A stretch of DNA of 5,822 bases, taken from the IMG/VR virus record IMGVR_UViG_2541047425_000019; one strand, 5' to 3'. The DNA is from a virus. Taxonomy: Duplodnaviria; Heunggongvirae; Uroviricota; Caudoviricetes. The translations under genes and the position numbers were made by a program. Below the pieces are notes generated by a model. It was not told where the DNA came from. It was given only the letters and a program-made list of their open reading frames with translations, and ran no database searches. Below, in pieces: positions 5,387 to 5,822 of the stretch (positions are counted from its first letter, which is position 1; each line of letters opens with the position of its first letter).

Positions 5387-5822
5387 ATGAAAAACATTGC
5401 GGCAGCCGGGGTTCTTGAACGTATTCGCAGACTTGCACCACAGGCGTCGGTTCCACCGTACCGGACGGTGGAGGAGTGGCGGGAATGGCAACTTGCTGAA
5501 GGACGAAAACGCAGCGAGGAGATTAACCGCCAGAATCACCAGTTGCGGGTGGAAAAAATCCTGAACCGTGCGGGCATCCAGCCGCTTCACAGGAAGTGCT
5601 CATTCGGGAACTACCGGGTGCAGAACGACGGTCAGCGCCATGCTCTGAGCCAGGCGAAATCCATTGCCGATGAATTGATGACCGGATGTACAAACTTCGT
5701 GTTCAGCGGTAAACCTGGTACCGGTAAAAATCACCTGGCAGCAGCGATTGGCAATCGGCTGATGGCGAAGGGGAGAAGCGTGATTATCGTCACCGTGTCC
5801 GATGTCATGAGCGTGTTGCATG
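5387..5822 (+). CDS. DnaC-like replicative helicase loader (AAA+ ATPase), 5' part; continues beyond the window
   Basis: Not in the ORF track because there is no stop in the window. Hand translation from ATG 5387: MKNIAAAGVLERIRRLAPQ…CSFGNYRVQNDGQRHALSQAK…FVFSGKPGTGKNHLAAAIGNRLMAKGRSVIIVTVSDVMSVLH; the Walker A motif GKPGTGKNHLA and overall strong resemblance to E. coli DnaC are clear. Confidence 0.85.
   Translation, partial: MKNIAAAGVLERIRRLAPQASVPPYRTVEEWREWQLAEGRKRSEEINRQNHQLRVEKILNRAGIQPLHRKCSFGNYRVQNDGQRHALSQAKSIADELMTGCTNFVFSGKPGTGKNHLAAAIGNRLMAKGRSVIIVTVSDVMSVLH

Noticed and set aside
4658-5590. Three minus-strand ORFs (4658..4951, 4869..5105, 4952..5590) inside the O-like gene
   Set aside because: Antisense shadows of a well-supported replication gene; Arg/Pro-rich low-complexity translations typical of antisense frames.
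5600-5821. 73-aa minus-strand ORF
   Set aside because: Antisense to the DnaC-like gene, which has an unmistakable Walker A motif in the plus frame.
1-5822. tRNA, rRNA, CRISPR array, insertion sequence or integrase/att site
   Set aside because: No cloverleaf-like tRNA segments, no regularly spaced repeat-spacer array, no terminal inverted repeats bracketing a transposase-like ORF were seen; the window appears to lie inside a prophage, away from its ends.

Overview
This window looks like the immunity and early-replication region of a lambdoid (Rac / CP-933P-like) enterobacterial prophage. All calls come from reading the sequence and the ORF track by eye; no searches or computations were run. 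Left to right: an unexplained, probably non-coding segment (1-514); a small Cys/His-motif ORF (+); a leftward early operon (-) with two tiny ORFs (51 and 42 aa) followed by an AT-rich gene that is split by a -1 frameshift at in-phase A_AAA_AAA heptamers; an operator-like inverted repeat and terminator; a three-gene toxin-antitoxin operon on the minus strand (DicA/PaaR-like HTH repressor, PaaA-like antitoxin, ParE toxin), whose first gene appears to double as the CI-type prophage repressor; a divergent intergenic region carrying a second copy of the same operator; then rightward a YdaS-like Cro, a YdaT-like protein (CII analogue), an unknown 169-aa ORF, a replication-initiator (O-like) gene with internal iteron-like repeats, and the 5' part of a DnaC-like helicase loader running off the window. 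Strongest leads: the candidate programmed -1 frameshift in the AT-rich gene, the paired operators flanking the TA/repressor operon, and the candidate in-gene origin. No tRNA, rRNA, CRISPR array or IS element was recognised.
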